Part shown: positions 21,893-31,398 of the stretch, piece after piece
How positions within the stretch are numbered: position 1 is the first letter of the stretch
Layout of the letters: each line of letters opens with the position of its first letter
Source of the DNA: Epithemia pelagica
Lineage: Eukaryota > Protista > Bacillariophyta
Length of the DNA: 64,000 nt
NCBI GenBank assembly: GCA_946965045.2
Contig: OX337231.1
Location: 1,364,001 to 1,428,000, forward strand
Direction of reading: 5' to 3'
Notes under the pieces: model-generated
What the model saw: the letters and a program-made list of their open reading frames with translations, nothing else
What the model was told of the DNA's origin: nothing
Database searches by the model: none
Position numbers and translations under genes: made by a program

Positions 21893-22040
21893 GTGGGAGC
21901 CATCTTGGTTCCTTCTGGGCCTTTCGGCAAACGTGTGTGTCTACATCCTAGCACTCTCTCCTACTAGCTACTGTGACGACCTCGCGACAACACAGACCGC
22001 TCCAACCTGCAGGATGTGTTCGCTGGGTCGATCCCCGCGG
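21893..22040 (+). repeat. B1 repeat of element 2 (148 bp)
   Basis: Identical to 23343-23490 and directly abuts A2. Confidence 0.96.
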
Positions 22041-23326
22041 TGTCTGTCGTGCGTACGTTGGAGCGGGGCAGTTGATCGCACATAGACTACGACAAGCCCC
22101 ACCGGACTTGGACATCTCTGATGCGATGTCCACGCTCACATACCCCCCAGCGGGGAAGAGATTTTTACAGTCTGTCCGTCAATCATTTCCGTGATTCTCC
22201 TTCTCACCCCCAAGGCGCGACGTCCAAAATCAGCGATTTCCCGAGGTTGATACAAAAGCCATTGCACCTCAACACATTCAACACGGAGCCAAACTTGTGA
22301 GCGTTGGTGCATGCCTCCTGAACGTTGTAAAACACACCGAATTGTTTCATTACCCTGTCCTGACATCCAAGGACGTCATACCATGTCGTTTTTGCCTCCC
22401 AACCGCCCTCTCGTACCTTCCCACCACCGTAATAAAAGCAACATGTCCACCACAAGAAACCCAAGGCAAGAGGTGACCGAGAACACCCGGCATCGACCTC
22501 TTCCTGTACCCAGAAACTTTCCCGAATCCCTTTCCAATGGCCATGATGCTTTCTGCGACAAAGGGCAACTACTCCTATAGAAAGCGCAAGCACATACTCC
22601 TAGATGTAGATTCCAGTATAAGTTGACAGTAGACACAACATGTTCTACTCCACCTACGAGATTCTCGAAGGATCAGAATCGTACTCTTGTTCTTGGGGAT
22701 TACGTCTACGCATCTTGTGCACTCGCGGTGATCTGGAAGCAACGAGATCAAACTGTCCATTGCTCTTGTTGAGGATGGTTCAGACCTGTTGGATGCTTGT
22801 TCGTTGCTTGCTGCCTGAGTACGGCAGACTTGTGGAGTTTCATACGGACGAGCAGAGGGAGCAGAGCGCAACGGAGCAACCGACGAGGCCGTGTTGCCGG
22901 TGGATGCAGGGTTGGTGTTGGCTTCTTGAGCATGAGGTGCAGATGTAGTTTTGGCGATGGCTCTGTTATCATCTGGGTTCTGCGTTGTATAAGGCAGTGC
23001 GGAGGCACTGCGGGTGCCGAAGGCTTCCCTCACAGCCTATTGAGACCTTCGAGTTCGTTTGGGAGAGGACGTCGACATTACAGACTTCGTAATCAACCAC
23101 TGCACCTCCACCACCGCGATGAATGTATGTGCGGTGTTGGGAGTTTTGTATCAACCTCGGGGACTTTCCGTCGCGCCTTGGGGGTGAGAATACAGATTCT
23201 TCTTTTTGTGCGACCAGATTCTCGCTCCTGCTTGGGGGTAACGCTCACAATTCTTGAGATTGCGAGCATTGCAACTGCCATCTTGAGAGGTCTACACAGA
23301 GATAGATAGACTAAGACAATCAAAAA
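22041..23326 (+). repeat. A2 repeat of element 2, split into 22041-22140 and 23250-23326 by a nested insertion
   Basis: The two halves join to a 177-bp copy of A1 once 22141-23249 is removed. Confidence 0.93.
22141..23240. mobile_element. Non-autonomous TIR DNA transposon (MITE-like, 1100 bp) with 9-bp target-site duplication ACGCTCACA; superfamily uncertain (Mutator-like by TSD length)
   Basis: TSD at 22132-22140 and 23241-23249. Terminal inverted match TACCCCCCAGCGGGGAAGAG vs TACCCCCAAGCAGGAGCGAG (15/20). Perfect inverted sub-terminal blocks: 22201-22222 / 23169-23190 (22 bp) and 22240-22257 / 23144-23161 (18 bp). No transposase ORF recognised. Confidence 0.9.
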
Positions 23327-23342
23327 TTCCCCTTTCCCGCCC

Positions 23343-23490
23343 GTGGGAGCCATCTTGGTTCCTTCTGGGCCTTTCGGCAAACGTGTGTGTCTACATCCTA
23401 GCACTCTCTCCTACTAGCTACTGTGACGACCTCGCGACAACACAGACCGCTCCAACCTGCAGGATGTGTTCGCTGGGTCGATCCCCGCGG
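23343..23490 (+). repeat. B2 repeat of element 2 (148 bp), right end
   Basis: Identical to B1; identity ends after ...ATCCCCGCGG. Confidence 0.96.
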
Positions 23491-23624
23491 GATGTTTGGT
23501 CGATGGGTGATTGTTCCATTCTAAAAGAAAAGACCACGACCCGTGCCAGACGCAACTGGAATGGGACAACCCTGCTGCAAGGAAAGAGACAAAGAAAAAG
23601 ACAAAAAAGAGAGACATCGATCAC

Positions 23625-25007
23625 ATGTGGGTGTCATTGGAAGCCGCTGATGTTGCCCTGCGTTCGGTGGGTACTGCACTGACCTTGGCGTCGGCAGGAT
23701 TCTATCTGCACAATCGAGGCTTTATCAGTCCAGATGCCACGAAAGCGTTTGGTCGCTATATTCAACAAGTGAGCATTCCAGCCTTTTTCTTCACCAAGTT
23801 GGTGCAATGTCCCACATCCCAGCAACATGCTGCAAAAACTGCCTCGCACAACGGAGAAGCATCGTCCATGAATGATCAACTATGTCCAAGTATTTTTGAC
23901 CATTTGTCCGAAGCATGGATCTTATTGATTTGGCCCCTCTATGTGATTGGATGTGGAATTGCCGTTGGTCTTTTGGTAGCCTGGTGGTCACAAGCTCCTA
24001 AACGACACTATCGCTCCATCATGTTGGGGACCGCCTTTGCCAATTCTGGAAGTCTCCCCACCACCTTGCTGTTTGTCTTGCATCAGCATTCCATGTCAAG
24101 AAGTGGTGGAGACAGTAGTGTGGTGGATCCCAATGCGTTCTTGTCACTCTATCTTATTCTTCATCCCATGATACTTTGGAGTGTGGGCTTTTGGCTGGCC
24201 GAACCGCCACAACGACATAGTAGCTCGTTCGCTACCATGTCTAGAATTCAATCCGCAGACTTGAGTGACTCAGGCCTTCAAATTGCAACCGAGTCTTTCT
24301 TAGCAGAGAACAACGATGACAATGATGATCTTCCTGGACCATCCGCTAATGAAGAAACAGGACTGCTGAGAGGTCATCGGTTGGGAGGAGTGAACGGGGC
24401 ATCATCTCACGTTTTGAGGGACATGAGGTCCTCAATAACCAAAGTCATGTCCAAAGCCTGTCAACCACCTGTCATTGGCTCTTTATTGGGATTGATCGTC
24501 ACCCTGGTTACTCCATTGCGCAAAATTTTGATTCAACGGAACGGACCGTTGGACTGGTGGTTTGACGGAGTGGTGAAAATTGGATCTTCCTCCATTCCAG
24601 TCAGCATGGCCGTCTTGGGCATGAACTTGTCGAGTTCCTTGCAAAAATCTCGAACACCACACCAAGTCGATCCACTTGAGCCCTTGTTTGGCTGGAAGAC
24701 ATTGGTGGGGATCATTGTGGGAAAATTGGTCTTTCTCCCCATTGTCGGCTTTCTCAGTTTTGCCCTGTTGCGCAGTTACTCGTCTCTGAATTTGGATTCG
24801 CCCTCCTTGTCCATGGTACTGTTAATTGTATGGATCACTCCCACAGCCAACAATGCTGTGGTCGTGGCGGATTTGGCCGGTGGCCTACGGGAAGCCATGG
24901 CTCAATTGTTGGCCTACGAATATGTGGTAGTTCCTGCCCTCTTGTCCATAACTGTGGCCTGTATTATTCGTATCAGTGGTCTAGATGTCTCGACGGGCAT
25001 GGACTGA
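23625..25007 (+). CDS. Auxin-efflux-carrier (AEC / PIN-LIKES-like) family membrane transporter
   Basis: Two hydrophobic halves separated by an acidic loop. Motifs SIPAFFFTKL, AFANSGSLP, PPVIGSLLG, SSIPVSMAVLG, KLVFLPIVG and TPTANN. Likely ATG at 23625. Confidence 0.85.
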   Translation: MWVSLEAADVALRSVGTALTLASAGFYLHNRGFISPDATKAFGRYIQQVSIPAFFFTKLVQCPTSQQHAAKTASHNGEASSMNDQLCPSIFDHLSEAWILLIWPLYVIGCGIAVGLLVAWWSQAPKRHYRSIMLGTAFANSGSLPTTLLFVLHQHSMSRSGGDSSVVDPNAFLSLYLILHPMILWSVGFWLAEPPQRHSSSFATMSRIQSADLSDSGLQIATESFLAENNDDNDDLPGPSANEETGLLRGHRLGGVNGASSHVLRDMRSSITKVMSKACQPPVIGSLLGLIVTLVTPLRKILIQRNGPLDWWFDGVVKIGSSSIPVSMAVLGMNLSSSLQKSRTPHQVDPLEPLFGWKTLVGIIVGKLVFLPIVGFLSFALLRSYSSLNLDSPSLSMVLLIVWITPTANNAVVVADLAGGLREAMAQLLAYEYVVVPALLSITVACIIRISGLDVSTGMD

Positions 25008-26234
25008 GTCGTTTCGAGGTCATACGGAATGGAGCGCGGTTCCATTTCTCGACGCACATCCGACTCGATAAGTACGGTGGACTGTACTTTTGCGCAGGAT
25101 CATGCCTCCCCTTTTAACATTGTTGAATGTGGTCTGTGGACGAGTTAGACACATACTCTCTAGGAAATGGTGCTCGTAATGACTATTATCTAAAGGCGCC
25201 TGCGAGGTTTTGCGAATACAAGTCCGCCTACCTAGAGAGTGCATTTGCAGGAAAACAGTGCATTGACGTGAACGGAAAGAGCACCATTCACAACAAAAAG
25301 ACAAGGACGGAGAGTTCCTCGCTCTCAACTCCACCTGCTACTACTTGAGGAACTTCCTTCCATGCACGGGGAACCCGCTAGTCGGAGATCGGCAATCGGC
25401 ACGTCACTCGGAGAGTAAGTTCGAACATGATATTTTGTGGAAGGAGTACGTAGGTTCTTTTGCCATGTTCGTTCGCTCATCATGAGAAACTCAAATTTGG
25501 TGAGATTCCCGTGAAACAACCAGCGGACATGGGGTCTGGTGGGGTGGTGGTGGTCCTGTCTTTGTCGCTAAAGATTGGGCGAGAATCTTTGGTTCTGTTT
25601 CCGTCGTGGTCGTCTTTTTGGAATTTGTGTGGGCATAATTTGTGACCACCTTTTTGGTTGGTGCCGGTGCTCTGGGGGAAGGCTCGCGGGGCGTTGAGCT
25701 CTAGCTACTGTGAACTATTGTGTACAGCCTGAGCGTTGGAGGTCGCTTCACACATGTTGAAAGTTAGCTCCCAGTCCGTTTTCCGTTGCCCGACCGTTTC
25801 CTGGGGCCGTTCCAACGGATCAGAAATTTACGCCTCCAGTACAGTGACGGTACAGCAAATAGACCAGATCGGCCCGATCAAGCGACGGTTGAGAATCTGT
25901 TGCGCTAAGTCCATGAGCGTTAATTAGGAGGAGCGTTACAAAGATTTGTGTGAACACTCCTTATTTTCGTCGCACCAAACCAAGCAAACATCCAACAGCG
26001 CACGGGGAGTTGCCTTTTCCGCTTCGGAGCAAGAAGAATTGGTGCAGAAGAGAAAGAGGAGCAAACAACGACAAAAGAGTCTCTTGTCTGCTGCAAGTTG
26101 TCGGTTAGGATTGCAACTATTTGTGTCACGTCTCAGTTTCCTGCAATAACAACAGGTGACAATATATCACAAGGCTAGAGCAAGTGACGGGGAGATAAAG
26201 TTTGCACATTCATTGGTTCGTTCGTACTATAAAA

Positions 26235-27671
26235 ATGAGCGCCCAATCCAACCGAATTGGTGACACGAAGCCCAATTTGGTGGTGGAGGGTGATATTGCC
26301 AAGCATGGAGAAGCAGTGCGCCCGAACTGGTTTCGGGAGATGGCTTCCCATGATGTCGCTAATATTCTTCAAGAACGATGGCAACAACGACTACCGCAAC
26401 ACTCGTATGCTGTCAAGAATGAAACGGCTCTTCCTCAATGGCGTATCGAAGAGACACAGCAGGAGACAATTGAGCCCGAAAGACCCAAAACTGTTACTCC
26501 TCATAATATGAAAGAACAATCACCACCGCATCCATCACAAGGGTCGGCATTGCCAAAATCACAAGCACCACCCCAATCACCCTCCCCAGTGCATCGACCG
26601 CCTCCCCAGTCGTCACGCGAGTATTGTACGCCACCACGACCGGCTTCACCCGTAACCACGTACGCCCAAATTACCCTCCAATCGCATCTCATTACACCTC
26701 CTCTTAGTCCACTGACGTTGGATACTCGACACGATGACGAAAGCAAAGTGGACTTGTATTCACCGTCCTGGGACACGTACGAAGACAGTGATGACGATCA
26801 AACCACGGTCCCTGCCTCATCGTCGTCCGTGCAAGGATGGATTCAACCCAATTCTTCCGTTCCTCGATTGCATGTATCGGGAACCGGCGACGACGACGAT
26901 GAGGAGGAGGAAGATGAGGATGATCGTAATGTACATGACGAAAGTGATGAACAAGAAGCCTTTGAAATACGTAGTGCGCCGCCCAGTATGAGCATGAGCG
27001 CCACCATGAATGACGACATTAGTGAAAGCATGTCCAACCATGAAGAACCTTCAGAATCATCTTTTTCCGCCACCGAACACGCGGCAGTCCAAAAACCAAA
27101 GCCACTCCATCCTCAATTGAATCAAAAACGACCTCAATATGAAAGACGAAGGCCGGTTCCACTCCCTCCTTCCTCTCCCTCGTCACCACGACGCCTTCCG
27201 CCGTCCCATCAGTCCAGTCATCGAAGAAGTAATAGTCATGGTCCAAGTGGATTGCCAACGTCTCCAGATCGAAAGCAATGCCCACGAAAGCCATCCAAGA
27301 GCCAAAGTAAACGAGGCAATCCGCCGGTAGGCACCAGTAGTACCAACAAAAAGCACAAACCCAAACTTTCGTTTGGTGGCCGCAACTTTAATCCGGGAAG
27401 CAAGGGATGGGATCCCAAGGAATGGGGAGTATCTTCTTCGGATCCCGATTATCAGCTATACAAGGACGGAGTGAAACTGCCTGAGTCGTACATTCAAGCA
27501 ATCATGACTTATGCGAAAGCCATTGGGATTATTGAAAATGGAGAAGAGTTAGAACCGTCATGGTTCAAGCCATCTCTCCCTCCTGCCTCACCCCATGACA
27601 AGAAACGAGCCATTCCTCCCCTCGCCCTATCACCCTCCCGATCCAAAGGGGGAGATGGCGATGAATCGTAA
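26235..27671 (+). CDS. Hypothetical Pro/Ser-rich, largely disordered protein
   Basis: Long ATG-initiated ORF with low-complexity body and a short structured-looking C-terminal block (WDPKEWG...YQLYKDGVKLPESYIQAIMTYAKAIG). No family recognised. Confidence 0.6.
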   Translation: MSAQSNRIGDTKPNLVVEGDIAKHGEAVRPNWFREMASHDVANILQERWQQRLPQHSYAVKNETALPQWRIEETQQETIEPERPKTVTPHNMKEQSPPHPSQGSALPKSQAPPQSPSPVHRPPPQSSREYCTPPRPASPVTTYAQITLQSHLITPPLSPLTLDTRHDDESKVDLYSPSWDTYEDSDDDQTTVPASSSSVQGWIQPNSSVPRLHVSGTGDDDDEEEEDEDDRNVHDESDEQEAFEIRSAPPSMSMSATMNDDISESMSNHEEPSESSFSATEHAAVQKPKPLHPQLNQKRPQYERRRPVPLPPSSPSSPRRLPPSHQSSHRRSNSHGPSGLPTSPDRKQCPRKPSKSQSKRGNPPVGTSSTNKKHKPKLSFGGRNFNPGSKGWDPKEWGVSSSDPDYQLYKDGVKLPESYIQAIMTYAKAIGIIENGEELEPSWFKPSLPPASPHDKKRAIPPLALSPSRSKGGDGDES

Positions 27672-28173
27672 GTACTGTCCTGGAAACTTTTCCTTTTGAA
27701 GTTTTATATTTGTCGGCATCATTTTTAATCACTCATTTTTTGTTGTTGAAACGCAGAGTTTCAAGGAGAGACTCTCTGGGGTCGGTCGGAGAGCAACCCG
27801 TTCCGGACTCTCCTCCCAAAACTCCCAAAATTGTCTGGGACGTTGTGGAGCAATTCAATGATATGGTGGAACTATAATAGTAGCAGCAAACTAGTTTTGG
27901 AATCTATCAAAATCTCTGAAGTCTCTTGTCTTCCGACTTCTTGTCGTCTTGGAACCGATAGCTCTATTTGGACGCATAACAGTCGCTTCTGCTCGGAAAA
28001 GGCACAGTGTGCGCGATTTCCGTCGAAGTCGATGGAAATCTTTCCCCTCAGAGATCTTTCTTCTCCAGATTCGAGTATCTCTATCTTTGACACAAAAAAG
28101 AGAAGATACAAGCGGAGTTCAGCTCTCCTGGTCGACATTCAAATACGCGTACACTGAATCTGTTGGAACTATC

Positions 28174-28899
28174 ATGGCTCCTGTTCCGAAACTTGTGCTA
28201 AGTTACTTTAACATGGGCGGCCGCGCCGAACCCCTTCGCCTTGCCTGTGTCCTTGGAAAGATCCCCTTTACCAACAAGGGAATTTCGTTCCAGGATTGGC
28301 CCACGGTGAAATCACAGTACCCAATGGGACAGGTACCTCTCCTCGAGGTGGAGGAAGAACCAGGCCAAGACAAGGTGTCGATTGGACAATCCATGGCGAT
28401 TTTGCGGTATTTGGGCCGCCTGGGAAATTTGTATCCGATCGACCCCATCCAAGCCATGCAGGTGGATTCCTATGTCGACGCTGCTGTCGATGCCAGTCGA
28501 GGTCTTGAACTCTCACTCCGCGGTCCTTCTGCAGTGCTCATGTCCACGACTGAGTGGAGCAAAGAAGACATGATGGCCATGAGAGAACGATTGTGTACCG
28601 ATTCCAACAAGGGTCTGCCGTTTTACCTCAACTTTTTTGAAACGGCGCTCAGTAACAGCGAATCGGGTTGGATCGTTGGAAATTCCATTACCATTGCGGA
28701 CCTTGCCATGCACCGATTTGTCGCATGGATTAGCGGTGGCTTTATGGATGGAATTCCCGCGGACTTGGTGAAGGGCTATCCCAAACTAAAAAAGCATTTT
28801 GACACAATTGAAGCAATACCAGAGGTTGTGGCTTTTCGCAAGAATTATCCAACTCCGTACCCAGACTCGTTTGACTATGTTCCCGAAGCGAGTGCCTAA
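28174..28899 (+). CDS. Glutathione S-transferase (sigma-like)
   Basis: LSYFNMGGRAEPLRL...YPMGQVPLLEV...IGQSMAILRYLG N-domain and GNSITIADL C-domain motif. Confidence 0.92.
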   Translation: MAPVPKLVLSYFNMGGRAEPLRLACVLGKIPFTNKGISFQDWPTVKSQYPMGQVPLLEVEEEPGQDKVSIGQSMAILRYLGRLGNLYPIDPIQAMQVDSYVDAAVDASRGLELSLRGPSAVLMSTTEWSKEDMMAMRERLCTDSNKGLPFYLNFFETALSNSESGWIVGNSITIADLAMHRFVAWISGGFMDGIPADLVKGYPKLKKHFDTIEAIPEVVAFRKNYPTPYPDSFDYVPEASA

Positions 28900-29179
28900 A
28901 GTAGTTCATAGAGACATGAGATGTTTATTCTATATGTATAATATCTCAAGATATCTTTGATAAGAAATGGCCATGACATTCATTGTCTTGGTCTCAATAA
29001 TGCTGTTTAATGGTAGCAGATTCGTCGTTTCGACTGTCCAATTCGTCGGAACTATAAAACAGGGGGAGAAACGGTTCCTGGGTAGCACTGGCGTGGGGAT
29101 TAAAAGCCAATACGGTCGGTAGATTCGAAAACCAAAATCGACAAAACTGCTGTATCGACTCGTGGTACAATCTTTTTCA

Positions 29180-30877
29180 TCAAACAGAGGATGATCTTAA
29201 CAATGTTTCCGAGTCTGAGGATACAAAAGAGCTGGTCCTTGTGGATCGCGACAAGGATTCCGCCAATTCCAATTCCACTGGTGGTTGGGATGGACTCGTT
29301 TCCACCGTGTCATAATCATGACTTGTCCTCGTCGAAGAAGAGGATGAGACGCCCGGTACAAGGTTCCACAGGCGACGTTGAATCCTCTCCAGGGCCATGG
29401 TCCACTGGGCTGGTAAGGAAAAATCCAAGGCCAAAGCTTCTTGTACATGCTGATAGACATCAAATTTGCACAATGGACAGGTACCGGATCGTTCCGTTAA
29501 CCAAGGAAGGATGCAATCGGCATGATAGACATGTTGACAGGGCAGGACAATGCGTGGTCGTTCCTGTGAGGTTCCTTCCTCAAAATCTTCCAGACAAATC
29601 GCACAGTGGGCTGGAACCAAAGCGTCAGATGATACCAATTCCTCTTGATCATCTTTGTGGTTGCCGATATCCTCCATTCCAAGTTGTTCGTCGTGGTGGT
29701 CGTCGTCGTCGTCGTCATTCTCGTTGTGATTCTCGTCCATGGACACTGTCGTAGATTGTTGTTGAGATGTTGAATCCATGGCAGGGTCCACTGGTAGTGG
29801 TTCAGTTTGTTGCGTTGCACATCGAGTGTTTTCAAGGTGGTTGTTCGAGCTGGTAAGAATGTATCGTTCAATTTCTTCTCGTGACAACAAGTTTCTCCCC
29901 ATATAATCCGGGTCTTCTCTGGTTGGCCTTGTCCCATTGTTGGATTCCGTGTCGTCCCCTTCTTGTTGTTGTTGTCGTCGTTGACGTTGACTCTGTCGTT
30001 GTCGTCGTCGTTGGAGGGATCGTCGACGTGTGTGTTCTTGTTGTGCGGCGGCGGCACAGAGAAAAAAAATGGACGAACTCAAAACAACCAGGAAAAACAA
30101 GTCCACACTGGGATCCAACTCTCCGGCAAATTCCTCATCGTCTTGCCAATCCAGCAGTAGGGATCCATCTCCATCTCCTCCCAGTTCGTGATAGGAGTCG
30201 TAGACGGTGGGCACCGTCTCGGAATCCAAATAAATCAAGGGATTGTCCGGAACCTCGTGACTGTACTGAATCAAGGCGTGTCCGGATTGTCGTGACACAC
30301 GGACCAGTTGAATGGGAAGCGGAGGAAGGTCCTTGGGCAATTCTTGTGCAGAGAATTCATGATCTCCATACAAAATCAAATACCGATTGGAGGCATAGGT
30401 CGGAATGGTCAAGGCGGTTTGAATCTTTTCCAGGGTGGAACATTCCTCATGAGACGCCGCCAAGAGGGCCAAGGGAACGGACGTGGAGATGGAACTCAAA
30501 TCGTGCGTCCAATGGCACAATGGGAGATCGTTATCCAACACTACCAGGCGTGCCGAGTAAAAGACACCATCATGATCCTCGGGCATGGCCCATTCCCAAG
30601 GAGGAAGGGCAATGGCTGGAAACGCCGTGGGTCCCCCCACTGTCTTGGTTCCTTCATTGGCCAAATACACATGAGCCTCCACCACCATCACTGGAACAAA
30701 CGTCAGTAGTACTCCAACCAGTACGAGTGCGTTCCATACCAGAGACAACGACGACTTGGACCGAATACCGGCGAAATCAGGTGGTGCATGTGAATGTCCT
30801 TGTCTGGACTGTCTCGTGGGTCCATGAGGTTTGGCCCCCAGAGAAAAATCAACCACCTCGTTGCCGTTTCGTCTCAT
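29180..30877 (-). CDS. Membrane RING-H2 E3 ligase (signal/TM, degenerate PA-like domain, TM, RING-H2)
   Basis: CAICLEDF...LPCQHVYHADCILPWL...TCPLCK RING-H2 follows a TM helix (LFFLVVLSSSIFFLCAA). Start uncertain. Confidence 0.85.
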   Translation of the reverse strand: MRRNGNEVVDFSLGAKPHGPTRQSRQGHSHAPPDFAGIRSKSSLSLVWNALVLVGVLLTFVPVMVVEAHVYLANEGTKTVGGPTAFPAIALPPWEWAMPEDHDGVFYSARLVVLDNDLPLCHWTHDLSSISTSVPLALLAASHEECSTLEKIQTALTIPTYASNRYLILYGDHEFSAQELPKDLPPLPIQLVRVSRQSGHALIQYSHEVPDNPLIYLDSETVPTVYDSYHELGGDGDGSLLLDWQDDEEFAGELDPSVDLFFLVVLSSSIFFLCAAAAQQEHTRRRSLQRRRQRQSQRQRRQQQQEGDDTESNNGTRPTREDPDYMGRNLLSREEIERYILTSSNNHLENTRCATQQTEPLPVDPAMDSTSQQQSTTVSMDENHNENDDDDDDHHDEQLGMEDIGNHKDDQEELVSSDALVPAHCAICLEDFEEGTSQERPRIVLPCQHVYHADCILPWLTERSGTCPLCKFDVYQHVQEALALDFSLPAQWTMALERIQRRLWNLVPGVSSSSSTRTSHDYDTVETSPSQPPVELELAESLSRSTRTSSFVSSDSETLLRSSSV

Positions 30878-31398
30878 GGTTGGATTCCGCATTCTATAGG
30901 AACAGTGATTGGTTCCATGAACCTTGTACAAGAGAGAGAACAAAATCGCAGCGGCCATCGGAATCGGAGCGTGTTGTGGACAAGGAACACGGAAGTAGAA
31001 TGGAGCACGGTGCGTGTCAAGACGACGCGCGCGAAATGTCCAATCAACTACACACCTTAGAGATCACCCTGAAAGATGTAATAGTAACGATAAAGTCACG
31101 ATTTACCGTGAACGCTAAGAATTCGACGATCCGCTCGTCGACCAGTGATTTACAAGCGACCCCTACGCGATACAACAGTGACCCGCCAAAGATCGAGACA
31201 CCAAAGATTCCCCGAATTCTTGCAAAGCGAACAATCGAACGGAATACAATAGGGCCATGGCCATTCCCTTTTTTTAGAGCGCATTTTTGTTCATTCTCTC
31301 CAGCAAAGCTCCAACGCGAACTTATAGTCTCCTGCGGTTTCTTCTTCTCCAACCATTACACTCAGAAACGAACAGTACACACCCAACAAAGACAAAGC

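Larger units (their letters stand above)
14451..23490 (+). mobile_element. Full-length Ngaro-like tyrosine-recombinase retrotransposon (A1-gag-RT/RH-YR-B1-A2-B2), about 7.9 kb without the nested insertion
   Basis: A1 14451-14627 matches A2 (22041-22140 plus 23250-23326) at 175/177. B1 21893-22040 equals B2 23343-23490 at 148/148. gag, RT/RH and YR ORFs lie in between. No target-site duplication is visible at the flanks, as expected for YR integration. Confidence 0.95.

Noticed and set aside
21888-21912. TGGTGGGAGCC before B1 of element 2 and TGGAGGGGG before B1 of element 1 as tRNA primer-binding sites
   Set aside because: The TGG-initiated matches are short, I cannot match them to a diatom tRNA 3' end, and YR elements are not known to use tRNA primers.
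22023-22040. GGGTCGATCCCC at the end of the B repeat as a tRNA T-arm or B-box
   Set aside because: It mismatches the GTTCRA consensus, and there is no cloverleaf or A-box.
22204-23033. ORFs inside the nested TIR element as a transposase or captured gene
   Set aside because: They are short, with no DDE or other recognisable motif.
29881-31398. 5' half of the 915-aa plus-strand ORF
   Set aside because: It is the antisense shadow of the RING-H2 gene plus intergenic DNA; DGAT2 similarity starts only after the ATG at 31399.
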